DNA of 64,000 nucleotides from Myxococcota bacterium (GTDB taxonomy: Bacteria; Myxococcota_A; Polyangia; Nannocystales; Nannocystaceae). Shown one piece after another: positions 9,969 through 18,952 of the stretch. Each line of letters starts with the position of its first letter. Position 1 is the stretch's first letter. Location of the stretch: NCBI GenBank assembly GCA_039194325.1, contig JBCCWC010000004.1, positions 32,001 to 96,000 of the forward strand. Reading direction: 5' to 3'. Position numbers and translations under genes: made by a program. The notes under the pieces are model-generated. The model saw only the letters and a list, made by a program, of their open reading frames with translations. It was not told where the DNA came from and searched no databases.

Positions 9969-10107
9969 CCCTGATGCAGGGTAGCCCCGGGGTCACGCGC
10001 TGCCAAGCTGCGCCGAGGCCGGCGCGAATGCCGAGCTTGCATCAGTTCGACGGGCTTGCCTCGGAGCCGCGCATCACCAGCTCCGCGGACGTGACTGCTC
10101 AAACGCG

Positions 10108-11769
10108 TCAGGCGGAGCCCGCCAGCAGTCGCCGAGACGTCTCGTCAAGCCGAGACCGGGCATGGACCACCGGGGGATCTTCGTCGAGCACGACGTCGAG
10201 CTCTTCGACCAACTCTCGAAGCGCGTGCCCAATGAAGGCACGCTCCGCGGGCTCGAGGTCCTCGGCTCGAAGCTTCATGACGAGCTCATCGAGCTCGGCC
10301 GAAGCACTCACCACAGCCTCGATGTCGCCCCGGCGTAGAGCTACACGGGCGAGCAACCCCACCGCGAGCGCCGATAGATCTCGCCGCGTACCCCCTTGCC
10401 GAAGCTCGGCTCGTGTGATCTCTACCGCTTCCATGGCCGCATCGAGCGCCCGGTCGAGCGCATCGAGCGAGATCGCAGTGCGGGCCACGCACAGCAGCAA
10501 CATCGCCAGATCAATCGCGGCGATGGCTACCTCGTGCTCGACGAGCTCCCGAAGTAAGGACAACGATTCCTCGTAGGCATCCGACGCCGCCTGCCATCGA
10601 CCGAGGAACTCGATGACGCCCCCCAACTCGTATAGCGCCATCGCGAGAACGGTTCGCACCTCATCGGTCTTGGATCTCAGGGCTCGCGCATCGTCAACCG
10701 CCCGACGGGCGAGTGGCTCGGCGTCTCGGATGGCACCGAGCGTTCGCTTCATCCGCGAAGCATGCATGAGACCACGGATCCGGATCAGCACGAGCTCGTG
10801 GTCTGGCTGCTTCCCTGATGGATCCGACCAGCGAACGGACTGCTCGAAGGCCGCCAGCGCTCGCACAGGCTTCGCACAGGCGGCCCAGGCCCGACCCAGC
10901 AGACCATTCCAGGACGCAAGGCGTCGCCGCAACAAAGACTCGGCACCCGCATCACGGCCGACGATGCGCTCGAGCACAGCGACGGCCTCGGACCAATGGC
11001 GAGCAGCGGACGGCGTGCGCTCCGCCTGGTTCTCGATGTTCGCGAGCAGGGCCAGCGCATCGGCCTGTGCCACGGTGCCGTCTTCGGTCGCGCACACGGC
11101 TTGATGGGCGAGGCCGATGGCTTGGTCCCACCGGCCCCCCTCGGCTTCGTGCAATGCGTCGCTTACGTGCTTCGCGGCTGGACCTACGATCCCCGGCGGG
11201 ACCACCAGGTTCGTTTGGGCGGAATCCATGGTGGTCGACGGCTCCAGAGTTCCCGGGCCGACTTCCGGCTCATCGTCGATGTCGAGGGATAGGCTGCGGA
11301 TCGACCAGAGATCGGGAGCGACCTCGCGACCCCGTGCCTTGAAAGACCGGGGAAGCGCGAGCACGAGCCCTCCTCCTAGGTCGCGAAGCAGCTCCCGTCG
11401 CTCGTTGAGGCGCTGCAACAGCCAACGCCATGCGTCATCCCAACCCCGAGGATGCAGGCCGTCCGAGTCCGAGCGCAAAGACTCGATCCACAGCAGGGAC
11501 CCGGGCCGCAGCTCGCGTTCGATCCGATCTCCGTCGACGAGCGCGCGCAACTCCACCGGGGACCGCGGACGAACGACCTGGAGCTCGCCTCCTCCTGGCG
11601 CAAGTAACCGCCTCGACCGCTGCTCTAGCTCGGCGGTGACTGCCCCGGACGAGGAAAAGACGAACGCCAGCCAAAAGCCACTAGCCCACTCAACTTGGGA
11701 GCGAAGCTCTTGCCACGCATACTCCCCGTTGGGGCCGAGGACACGTTCGACGTGGGGGACCTCGCTCAT
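10108..11769 (-). CDS. TPR-repeat protein with an N-terminal inactive P-loop-like domain
   Basis: LNERRELL...LVLALP...APDLWSIRS segment followed by helical TPR-like repeats. ATG 11769 overlaps the upstream stop (ATGA). Confidence 0.65.
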   Translation of the reverse strand: MSEVPHVERVLGPNGEYAWQELRSQVEWASGFWLAFVFSSSGAVTAELEQRSRRLLAPGGGELQVVRPRSPVELRALVDGDRIERELRPGSLLWIESLRSDSDGLHPRGWDDAWRWLLQRLNERRELLRDLGGGLVLALPRSFKARGREVAPDLWSIRSLSLDIDDEPEVGPGTLEPSTTMDSAQTNLVVPPGIVGPAAKHVSDALHEAEGGRWDQAIGLAHQAVCATEDGTVAQADALALLANIENQAERTPSAARHWSEAVAVLERIVGRDAGAESLLRRRLASWNGLLGRAWAACAKPVRALAAFEQSVRWSDPSGKQPDHELVLIRIRGLMHASRMKRTLGAIRDAEPLARRAVDDARALRSKTDEVRTVLAMALYELGGVIEFLGRWQAASDAYEESLSLLRELVEHEVAIAAIDLAMLLLCVARTAISLDALDRALDAAMEAVEITRAELRQGGTRRDLSALAVGLLARVALRRGDIEAVVSASAELDELVMKLRAEDLEPAERAFIGHALRELVEELDVVLDEDPPVVHARSRLDETSRRLLAGSA

Positions 11770-13085
11770 GGTGACCCGTATGGTTCGATCATCGGGCGGG
11801 ACGCCAGTTGATGGACCTTCTCGGCGATCAGCGGGTGGATGTCGTACCACTCGTCGCCATTTCGATAGCAGAGCAGCAAGTGGGTATCGAGATATCGAGA
11901 AAGGTGGGGCAGATTCCCCGCTTCGGGAAGTTCCGCCTCGTGAGTCTTCGCCACCCGAGCCAGCCAGCGAGCATCCTCGATCGCGATGGGCAGATACGCA
12001 TCGCGCGCCCGAACCACGATGAAATCGATATCCTCCTGCGTCAGAGGCAGTGCCCGACCACGACCACGACGCAGCCCGGCCTGGAGGAGACGAAAGAGAT
12101 CGCGAAGGTACCCTCCACTCTGCTCGATGAGATGCTCCAACGCTTGGCGATTCTCCAATAGCCGGGTCCAGTCCCCCCGCTCGGCAACGATCCGCTCCAG
12201 AGCATCGATACCGGCAGCCCATGGCTGACCCTGCCGATCTCGAACCTTGATGCAGGGCATCAGGTAGGCTCCAGTGTAGACCTGGCTGACCCCGGGGAAC
12301 CGGATCTTCAGCCACGGCGGCACGGTGTAGATGAGGTGCACTCCCGGGATACTCAGCTTGTCGGCGTGACCCACGAACAGGGTCTCTAAAGACGCCTGCA
12401 CCTCGGCGGCATTGGTGTACGTCCCCTGGAATTGCTCGACCGAGTCGAAGATCACGACCAGCTGGGTGTCTTCGCCGTGCATGCGCCGCAGCTCGTTGAT
12501 ACAGCCCGTCACGAACTCGCGAACATCCTCGACCAGCGAGCCCAGGCTTCCTTCGAGGGCTCGCTGGATCCGCCGGCGAAACGAAGGATCGTTTTTGAGG
12601 TTGGTCTTGAGCTTGGCGCCGGGGACACCGAGCTCGGGACCGCCCAGATCGACCTTGGTGCGGGTGGCAAAGTTGGAGAACCGCTCCCAGTAGGTCTCTC
12701 GCGTCTGGTCGCGGCCGAGCAACTCCTCATCCCGCAGCTCCTCGCTCAATGCCCCGGTGGCCGCGATGAGGAAATCGCTGACATCGACCGGCTCGGAGAG
12801 GTTGAGGTAACCTCGCATGTCGCACAACGCGACCCGGTAGGATCCCTTTGCCCGCAGCTGAGATCGTAGCCGCCGTAGCTCGGTGCTCTTGCCCGTGCCG
12901 CGAAACCCACTGAGCAGCTGCACCGAGCCCTGCGCCGTCCACTCGATGCCCGACTCGAGCTGAGCGATGGGATCCTCGGACGTCGCCGTGCCCTCGTAAA
13001 GACGCACGTATCGCCGATCCTCCGGCTCCAGGGGCCTGTCTTCCAGTGCCTGGAAGAACGACCGGAGATAGTCCTCTTGGCTCAC
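11766..13085 (-). CDS. P-loop NTPase
   Basis: Walker A GFRGTGKSTEL, Walker B-like VVIFDSVEQ, SGGYLRDLFRL and C-terminal WYDIHPLI. GTG start at 13085 is inferred. Confidence 0.75.
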   Translation of the reverse strand: MSQEDYLRSFFQALEDRPLEPEDRRYVRLYEGTATSEDPIAQLESGIEWTAQGSVQLLSGFRGTGKSTELRRLRSQLRAKGSYRVALCDMRGYLNLSEPVDVSDFLIAATGALSEELRDEELLGRDQTRETYWERFSNFATRTKVDLGGPELGVPGAKLKTNLKNDPSFRRRIQRALEGSLGSLVEDVREFVTGCINELRRMHGEDTQLVVIFDSVEQFQGTYTNAAEVQASLETLFVGHADKLSIPGVHLIYTVPPWLKIRFPGVSQVYTGAYLMPCIKVRDRQGQPWAAGIDALERIVAERGDWTRLLENRQALEHLIEQSGGYLRDLFRLLQAGLRRGRGRALPLTQEDIDFIVVRARDAYLPIAIEDARWLARVAKTHEAELPEAGNLPHLSRYLDTHLLLCYRNGDEWYDIHPLIAEKVHQLASRPMIEPYGSP

Positions 13086-13188
13086 CGGATCTACGCTAGC
13101 ACAACCGGTCCGCGGGGTCCGAGCGTGAACGTGGACCCCTTCGAGGACACTGGGAGGATCTGAACCGGTGCGACTGGACCCTTTGGCC

Positions 13189-14454
13189 TCAGCCGCTGCG
13201 CGCCTCATTCACCAGCTTCTCGAGTCGGTCACACGCCAACTCCAACATCTCTTTGGGCGGCCCGAACGAGAACCGCGTGTACGAGTGAAAACGAGACACC
13301 TGCTGGCTGCGGCGCTTGCCCGGATTGACGTCGAAGAACACGCCGGGCACGGTCACCACCTTCTGCTCGAGCGCACGCTCGAACAGCCCCATGCCGTCGT
13401 TGAGCGGAGGCGGGAGGTTGCTGAGGTTCCCCCATGCGTAGAAGGTGCCCTCGGGAGGACGGTCGAGCTCGACCCCGATCTCGGCGAGGCGGTTGATGAA
13501 CCAGGCGCGCTTACGACGGAAGGTCTCGTGCACGGCCCGGGTCTCCGCCTCGACCACGTCCGGCTCGAGTAGCGACACCGCGGCCCGCTGTAGCGGCCGA
13601 CTGCCTCCCCCGTCGAGGAACGAGCCCGCCGAGGTGACCGCGTCGATCACCGCCCGGGGCCCCACCGTCCAGGCCACCCGCCAGCCCGGATAGCGCCAAT
13701 TCTTGGTGAGCCCATCGAAGAGGATCACCGGATCGCGATCGACGTCCTCCACGTAGCGGGCCGCGCTCTCCACCGGCAGCTCACCGGGCACGTGGCTCCA
13801 CACGTAATGGGAGTAGAACTCGTCGAGCAGCAGCGCACAGTCGAGCTCGCGCGCCACCGAGACCCAGCCCGACAGCTCCTCGCCCGAGACCAGCTTGCCG
13901 GTGGGGTTGCACGGGTTGGACACCAACAGCGCCGAGAGCCCCCGGCCGGCCACCTCCCGGCGCAGATCCTCGGGGCGAAAGGCATAGCCTCGCTCCGGCT
14001 CGAGCAAGATCGGGATCGCAGTGAACGCTCGAAAGATGTCGAGGAGCTCCTCGTAGGCGGTGTAGTCGGGTAAGAAGTGCCCGAGGTTGACCCGACCCAG
14101 GCTGGCCGCCGCCCGGGTCAACGCCGTCCGACCCCCGCCGCAGATCGCCACGTTGGCCGCCGTGTACTGCGAAGGCAATCCCCGACGGTAGAGCCGGTTG
14201 TACATGGCTGCCACCGCCTCGCGGAGCTCCTCGATCCCCCCGACCGGTGCATAGTCACGATCGCGTGGGTCGATGCTCACCCCCTCGACCCGCGGCGGCG
14301 CGCCGGACAAGACCCCGGTCTCCGGCTGCCCCTGTCCCAGGTTGCACCACTGGGGATCCCCCCCACGAAAGCCCCGGCGTACCGCTTCGGTGGTGACGTA
14401 GATGACCCCGGTACGAGGGACGGAGCGAAACGCAGTGGCGCCTTCGGCATTCAC
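13189..14454 (-). CDS. PLP-dependent aminotransferase class I/II
   Basis: NLGQGQPE, SNPCNPTG, DEFYSHY, GLTKNWRYPGWRV and PEGTFY motifs. GTG start is inferred. Confidence 0.9.
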   Translation of the reverse strand: MNAEGATAFRSVPRTGVIYVTTEAVRRGFRGGDPQWCNLGQGQPETGVLSGAPPRVEGVSIDPRDRDYAPVGGIEELREAVAAMYNRLYRRGLPSQYTAANVAICGGGRTALTRAAASLGRVNLGHFLPDYTAYEELLDIFRAFTAIPILLEPERGYAFRPEDLRREVAGRGLSALLVSNPCNPTGKLVSGEELSGWVSVARELDCALLLDEFYSHYVWSHVPGELPVESAARYVEDVDRDPVILFDGLTKNWRYPGWRVAWTVGPRAVIDAVTSAGSFLDGGGSRPLQRAAVSLLEPDVVEAETRAVHETFRRKRAWFINRLAEIGVELDRPPEGTFYAWGNLSNLPPPLNDGMGLFERALEQKVVTVPGVFFDVNPGKRRSQQVSRFHSYTRFSFGPPKEMLELACDRLEKLVNEARSG

Positions 14455-14538
14455 GGGCGCGGAGGGTACAGCGGACCGCGATCGATGTCCGCCACCCACC
14501 GCAGCAAGCACCGAGGCCGCCCGGGTGAGCCCACCGAG

Positions 14539-14588
14539 GCCGACTGGCGCCGATTGACGTCGACTGGCGCCGACTGGCGCCGACTGCG
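14539..14588. repeat. about 10-bp degenerate tandem repeat (GCCGACTGGC-like), about 5 copies
   Basis: Visible in the intergenic region between the aminotransferase and Uma2 genes. Confidence 0.7.
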
Positions 14589-14639
14589 CAATTTGCACAA
14601 ATCGGGGCCCACGGTGACTCGGTGCTACATTGACGATCG

Positions 14640-15215
14640 ATGGCTTCGGTCGTCCTGCTGCCCGGCGTCTATCGCCTGACCTACAACGATTGGCTCGAGC
14701 TCCCCCACGAGCAGTACCTCTACGAGCTGATCGACGGCGAGCTATTGGTGAGCACCACCCCGTCGATCAAACACCAGCGGATCTGCCCCGAAATCCAGGT
14801 CGAGCTGGTCAACCACGCCCGACGACACGGCGAGGGAGAGGTCTTCCAGGCTCCCACCGGGGTCCGCCTCAGCGACAACGACGTGGTCGAGCCGGATCTC
14901 ATCGTGGTCATGCCCAACAGCTCGGCCACGATCGGAGCCCAAGCCATCGAAGGCGCCCCAGATCTGGTGGTGGAGGTCCTCTCCCCCGGCACCGCCCACC
15001 GCGATCTGGGCCGCAAACGCGAGCTCTACGAGCGCGCCGGGGTCCGGGAGTACTGGATCGTCGACCCCGAGAGCCGCAGTATCGAGGTGCTCGGTATGCG
15101 CAATGGTGCCTACATTCAGGTAGGTCTCCACAAGGTCGGGGATATCCTCAGCTCCCGGGTGCTACCGCTGTTCGAGCTGGAGATCACCGATCTGTTCGCG
15201 AGCGCCTCGATCTGA
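14640..15215 (+). CDS. Uma2-family endonuclease-fold protein
   Basis: YELIDGEL, HQ, EPDL, APDLVVEVLSPGT...D...K..LY...GVREYWIVDP. Confidence 0.9.
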   Translation: MASVVLLPGVYRLTYNDWLELPHEQYLYELIDGELLVSTTPSIKHQRICPEIQVELVNHARRHGEGEVFQAPTGVRLSDNDVVEPDLIVVMPNSSATIGAQAIEGAPDLVVEVLSPGTAHRDLGRKRELYERAGVREYWIVDPESRSIEVLGMRNGAYIQVGLHKVGDILSSRVLPLFELEITDLFASASI

Positions 15216-15268
15216 GCCGAGCTCATACCCAGCCCGCACCCAACCGAGATCCTGTCGCCTCGACTTGC

Positions 15269-15300
15269 GAGGACTCACCCCGAGGACTCACCCCGAGGAC
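15269..15300. repeat. 13-bp tandem repeat (GAGGACTCACCCC) x2.5
   Basis: Visible; contains the helicase stop codon (15288-15290). Confidence 0.8.
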
Positions 15301-17723
15301 GAGGCCGGTCGCGGCTTGCGACGACCAGAGCGCGTCCGGCGGCGCGCCGGCGACCAGCGATCGTCTCCGACCGACCGATACCCCATCGCCCGCAAGATCG
15401 CCGGGATCTGGCGGCGGCGAACCCCCAGCCAGGCCCCGATCTCCCGCGGGACCGCGAAGGGCTCGCGACCCAAGGCGTGTAGGGCGGCGTGCGCCCGCTC
15501 GAGCTGATCGGCTCGCACCGCCCGCCCCGCGACCACCACGAATCCCAGGCGCAAGTAGTCCTCGGGCGCCATCCCCTCGCGAACGGCGACCGAGACCGAA
15601 CCCGTCGGCGGTATGGCGAGCCGACGCGAGCCAGCCCACACCCGCCACAGCGCCGCCCGCCACCGCAGCGGCGCGGCCCGGGCCAGCGCCGGCACGTGCA
15701 CCACAGCACGACCGATCTCCACGCCGCCCGCGAGCAAGCGCTCACGATCCACGGCACCGAGCGCACGCAGCTGCGCCGCAGCCTCCCGACGAGTGATCGT
15801 GCCGAGCCCCTGGCCCAACTGGTAGAGCAACCCCCGAGCCTCCGCCCCCAGCGGCTCTGCTTCGAGCCGACGCACCGGAGCGAGCAGCCCCTCGACCAGA
15901 TCGCGGGCCCACGCCTGCAATCGCCGCTCGATCCGCCGCCGAGCCCCCGCCGCCACGTCCTCGAGCCCCTGCAGGCGCACCGCCGGGTGCAAAAGCTCCG
16001 CCCCACGCTCCAGCCGACCCACCGGGCGCTCTTCGTAGAGGATCGCGCCGTGCTCGTTGGTCGTGAACGCCTCGAAACCGGCCTCCACGAGCGCCTGGAC
16101 CCACTGCGCCCGCGCCTGCTCATCGGGATACACCTCCCCCGGCGCATCGGGCACGGCCAGATCGACCAGCGCACGAAAGGGGCTGTCGGCGACCGTCGCC
16201 GGATCGACCGGCACCGCACGCGCCGGCCGACGAGGCCGACGCCGTGAGGGCCCATGGCGAGGCCCCCCGGCCCTGCCCTCCACGAAGCGCGCGGTCAGCC
16301 GCTCGTGCAGCGCATCGCTATGGCGATCTTCGATCTGCCGCGTCCGCTCCTGCCAGTGCGACGCGTGGGGCACCCAGTGCTCTCGATGCGTCACGTAGGT
16401 CCAGGTGCGGACGAAGGCGATCCGGGTCATCAAGGCATCGATGTCTCCCTGGATGTCGTCGAGACGACCGATCCGTTGCGCCATCCAGTCCTCGTCCAGG
16501 CGCCCCGAAGGCCCCGACACCTGCTCGTAGATCGCGGCCAGCAGCTGCACGTGGCTGTCGACCAGCAACTTGCGGTAGTCGGGGATCCGGCACACCTCCC
16601 ACAGCAGCTCGATCGACGCGGAGTCCTGGGCCCGCTGCCGCACCGCATCGATCCGCGACAGCCGGATCAGCGCCTCGTAGTCGTCGGCGCGCTCCACCAG
16701 CCGCAAGCTGCGACGCCGCGGTCGCTGCCGCAGCGAGTCGACCAGCTCGGTCACCGAGTGAAACGACAGATCGCGGTTACGCCACACCAATCGATGCAGC
16801 GGGGCAAAGCGATGACGCTCGACGGCCTCGACCACCCGCGGCGACAGGCCGGTCAGCGGACGCAGGGTGCCAAAGCCTCCGTCCCGGGTGTAGCGACCCG
16901 CCCGGCCTGCGATCTGGGCCAGCTCGGCCAGGTCCAGGGGCCGACGCTCGCGCCCGTCGAACTTGTGCAGCGCCGCGAACACCACCCGGTCCACGTCCAT
17001 ATTCAAGCCCATGCCAATCGCGTCGGTCGCCACCAAGTGCTGGACCTCCCCGGCCTGGTACATCGCCACTTGAGCGTTGCGCGTGCGGGGAGACAGCGCA
17101 CCCAGGACCACCGCCGTGCCCCCGTGCCGCTGGCGTAGCGCCTCGGCGATGGAGTAGACGTCCTCGGCCGAGAACGCCACCACCGCGGTACGGGCGGGCA
17201 AGCTACCCAACCCATGGGTCCCCGTGTAGCGCAACTGCGACAGCCGCGGGGCCCCCTCGATCGTGGCGGTGGGCAGCAGTTCCTCGACCAAGGGCCGGAT
17301 CGTCTCCGCCCCGAGAAACCAGGTCTCGTGGATCCCACGTGCGTGGAGCAAGCGGTCGGTGAAGGTATGACCGCGCTGATGGTGGGCCGCGAGCTGGATC
17401 TCGTCGACCGCCAAGAAATCCACGTCGCGGTCGGGCATCGACTCGACCGTGCACACCCAGTAGCGGGGACGGGGGGGCACGCGGCGCTCCTCGCCGGTGA
17501 CCAGCGCCACCTGGTGCTCGCCCAGGCGTGTGCTCACCCGATCGTAGACCTCACGCGCAAGCAAGCGCAGGGGCAGCCCGATCATCCCCGTGCCGTGGGC
17601 CAGCATCCGCTCGATCGCCCGGTGGGTCTTGCCCGTATTGGTCGGCCCCAGCAAGGCCGTGATCCCGGTGCCCGGAGGCTCGACCCCGGTCGCGGACAGG
17701 CGCATCACCCCACAGTATGGCAA
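15288..17723 (-). CDS. SUV3/MgpS-like SF2 helicase
   Basis: GPTNTGKTH, PLRLLARE, DEIQL, ATDAIGMGLN and QIAGRAGR. Confidence 0.9.
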   Translation of the reverse strand: MPYCGVMRLSATGVEPPGTGITALLGPTNTGKTHRAIERMLAHGTGMIGLPLRLLAREVYDRVSTRLGEHQVALVTGEERRVPPRPRYWVCTVESMPDRDVDFLAVDEIQLAAHHQRGHTFTDRLLHARGIHETWFLGAETIRPLVEELLPTATIEGAPRLSQLRYTGTHGLGSLPARTAVVAFSAEDVYSIAEALRQRHGGTAVVLGALSPRTRNAQVAMYQAGEVQHLVATDAIGMGLNMDVDRVVFAALHKFDGRERRPLDLAELAQIAGRAGRYTRDGGFGTLRPLTGLSPRVVEAVERHRFAPLHRLVWRNRDLSFHSVTELVDSLRQRPRRRSLRLVERADDYEALIRLSRIDAVRQRAQDSASIELLWEVCRIPDYRKLLVDSHVQLLAAIYEQVSGPSGRLDEDWMAQRIGRLDDIQGDIDALMTRIAFVRTWTYVTHREHWVPHASHWQERTRQIEDRHSDALHERLTARFVEGRAGGPRHGPSRRRPRRPARAVPVDPATVADSPFRALVDLAVPDAPGEVYPDEQARAQWVQALVEAGFEAFTTNEHGAILYEERPVGRLERGAELLHPAVRLQGLEDVAAGARRRIERRLQAWARDLVEGLLAPVRRLEAEPLGAEARGLLYQLGQGLGTITRREAAAQLRALGAVDRERLLAGGVEIGRAVVHVPALARAAPLRWRAALWRVWAGSRRLAIPPTGSVSVAVREGMAPEDYLRLGFVVVAGRAVRADQLERAHAALHALGREPFAVPREIGAWLGVRRRQIPAILRAMGYRSVGDDRWSPARRRTRSGRRKPRPASSSG

Positions 17724-17758
17724 GCCCCGGACCGCGTGTCCTCCGGCTCGGCCCCCTG

Positions 17759-17805
17759 CCTATCCCCCTTCCTATCCCCCTTCCTATCCCCCTTCCTATC
17801 CCCCT
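17759..17805. repeat. 12-bp tandem repeat (CCTATCCCCCTT) x4
   Basis: Visible; contains the beta-lactamase stop codon (17796-17798). Confidence 0.9.
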
Positions 17806-18839
17806 GCCTGGCCTCCTTTGCACAAAAGCACCCCCGCCTCGTCCAGCGCAGCCAGCCCGTGCACCACCGCGGGGGAGATCGACCGGGGTGGCGTCGCGGC
17901 GATCACCCGGCTGACGAAGACGAACTCGCGCTCGGGACACTCCACGTGGCCGGCCAGCCACGTTACGGATCCTTTTACGGATCCTTTTACGGATCCTTTC
18001 ACCGATCCTTCGTGGTGCTCGCCGGTGCCCGTCTTGGCGCTGAAGATCATCTGGGGGTGGACCGACGGCATACGAGTGCCCTCGGGTACGCGGCCGCGGA
18101 ACGAACGCGGGGGACGAACCACCATCGCCCGCAAGCGTGGTAGGTGCTGAGCCCCGCGAGGCAATCGATCACGGTATAGATCCGCCCAGAAGCGCAGCGT
18201 CTCCTCCGGGCTTACCTGCAAGCTCCCGCCCCCCAGCCAAAATGCGTCGATCGGCCCCTCGACCTCGGCATTGCCATAGTCGAACGCCCGCAGATAGTCC
18301 TGCATACGCGCTCGACCGATCGCCCGCGCCGTGCCCTGAAAGAACCACACCACCGAGTGGTAGATCGCCGTACGTAGGTTGTGATCGCGATTCCAGGCGT
18401 CGAGCCAGCGCTTGCGACCGTCCCAGGCGACCATCGCCTCGGGATCGGCCACCACGCCAGTATCCAGGGCGATCAATGCGTGGGGGACCTTGAAGGTCGA
18501 GGCGGGCACGGTACGCTCGTCACAGGGCTGCGACCCCGCGATCACCGGCTCATCTCCGTCGAGCGCCTGTAGCATGAAGCACCCTGGGTGTGACCACGAG
18601 ACCGCTCGCGTCACCTTACGTCGGCGTTCACCGTCCCCGTTCGGCTCGTTCTTCGTGACCGAACCGGCCGGCCCGTCGGGCCCCATTGTGGCCAGCTCCG
18701 TGGCCAACGCCGAGCTCGATCCCCCCGCCCCCGGGGGGGGTCCGGACGCGGAAGCCGGGGGGGTGCGCGCACAACCGACCGGGGTCCCCAACACAACCAT
18801 CATCAGGCCATAGAGGCAAGCTGGAGCCATTGTCGACAT
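17796..18839 (-). CDS. class D beta-lactamase-like / transpeptidase-domain lipoprotein
   Basis: PASTFK, SVVW, YGN, FWL and KTG motifs; lipobox-like PVGC. The start is inferred. Confidence 0.85.
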   Translation of the reverse strand: MSTMAPACLYGLMMVVLGTPVGCARTPPASASGPPPGAGGSSSALATELATMGPDGPAGSVTKNEPNGDGERRRKVTRAVSWSHPGCFMLQALDGDEPVIAGSQPCDERTVPASTFKVPHALIALDTGVVADPEAMVAWDGRKRWLDAWNRDHNLRTAIYHSVVWFFQGTARAIGRARMQDYLRAFDYGNAEVEGPIDAFWLGGGSLQVSPEETLRFWADLYRDRLPRGAQHLPRLRAMVVRPPRSFRGRVPEGTRMPSVHPQMIFSAKTGTGEHHEGSVKGSVKGSVKGSVTWLAGHVECPEREFVFVSRVIAATPPRSISPAVVHGLAALDEAGVLLCKGGQAGG

Positions 18840-18952
18840 GTCAGGGCCTCCCGACGCACCGCGAGCGCTCGACATTCCCGCCCGGGTCGGCGGCCGACCG
18901 GGCCGGCTTGGGCCCGACGCTCCCTCAAAGGCCCTGGTAGACTTGCGGCCGC

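Noticed and set aside
11770..12315. Extended 5' end of the TPR gene (735-aa ORF)
   Set aside because: It overlaps the NTPase out of frame; the ATGA coupling supports a start at 11769.
14640..15215. Uma2 genes (also 29058-29639) as mobile elements
   Set aside because: No terminal repeats or transposase; Uma2 is commonly expanded in myxobacteria.
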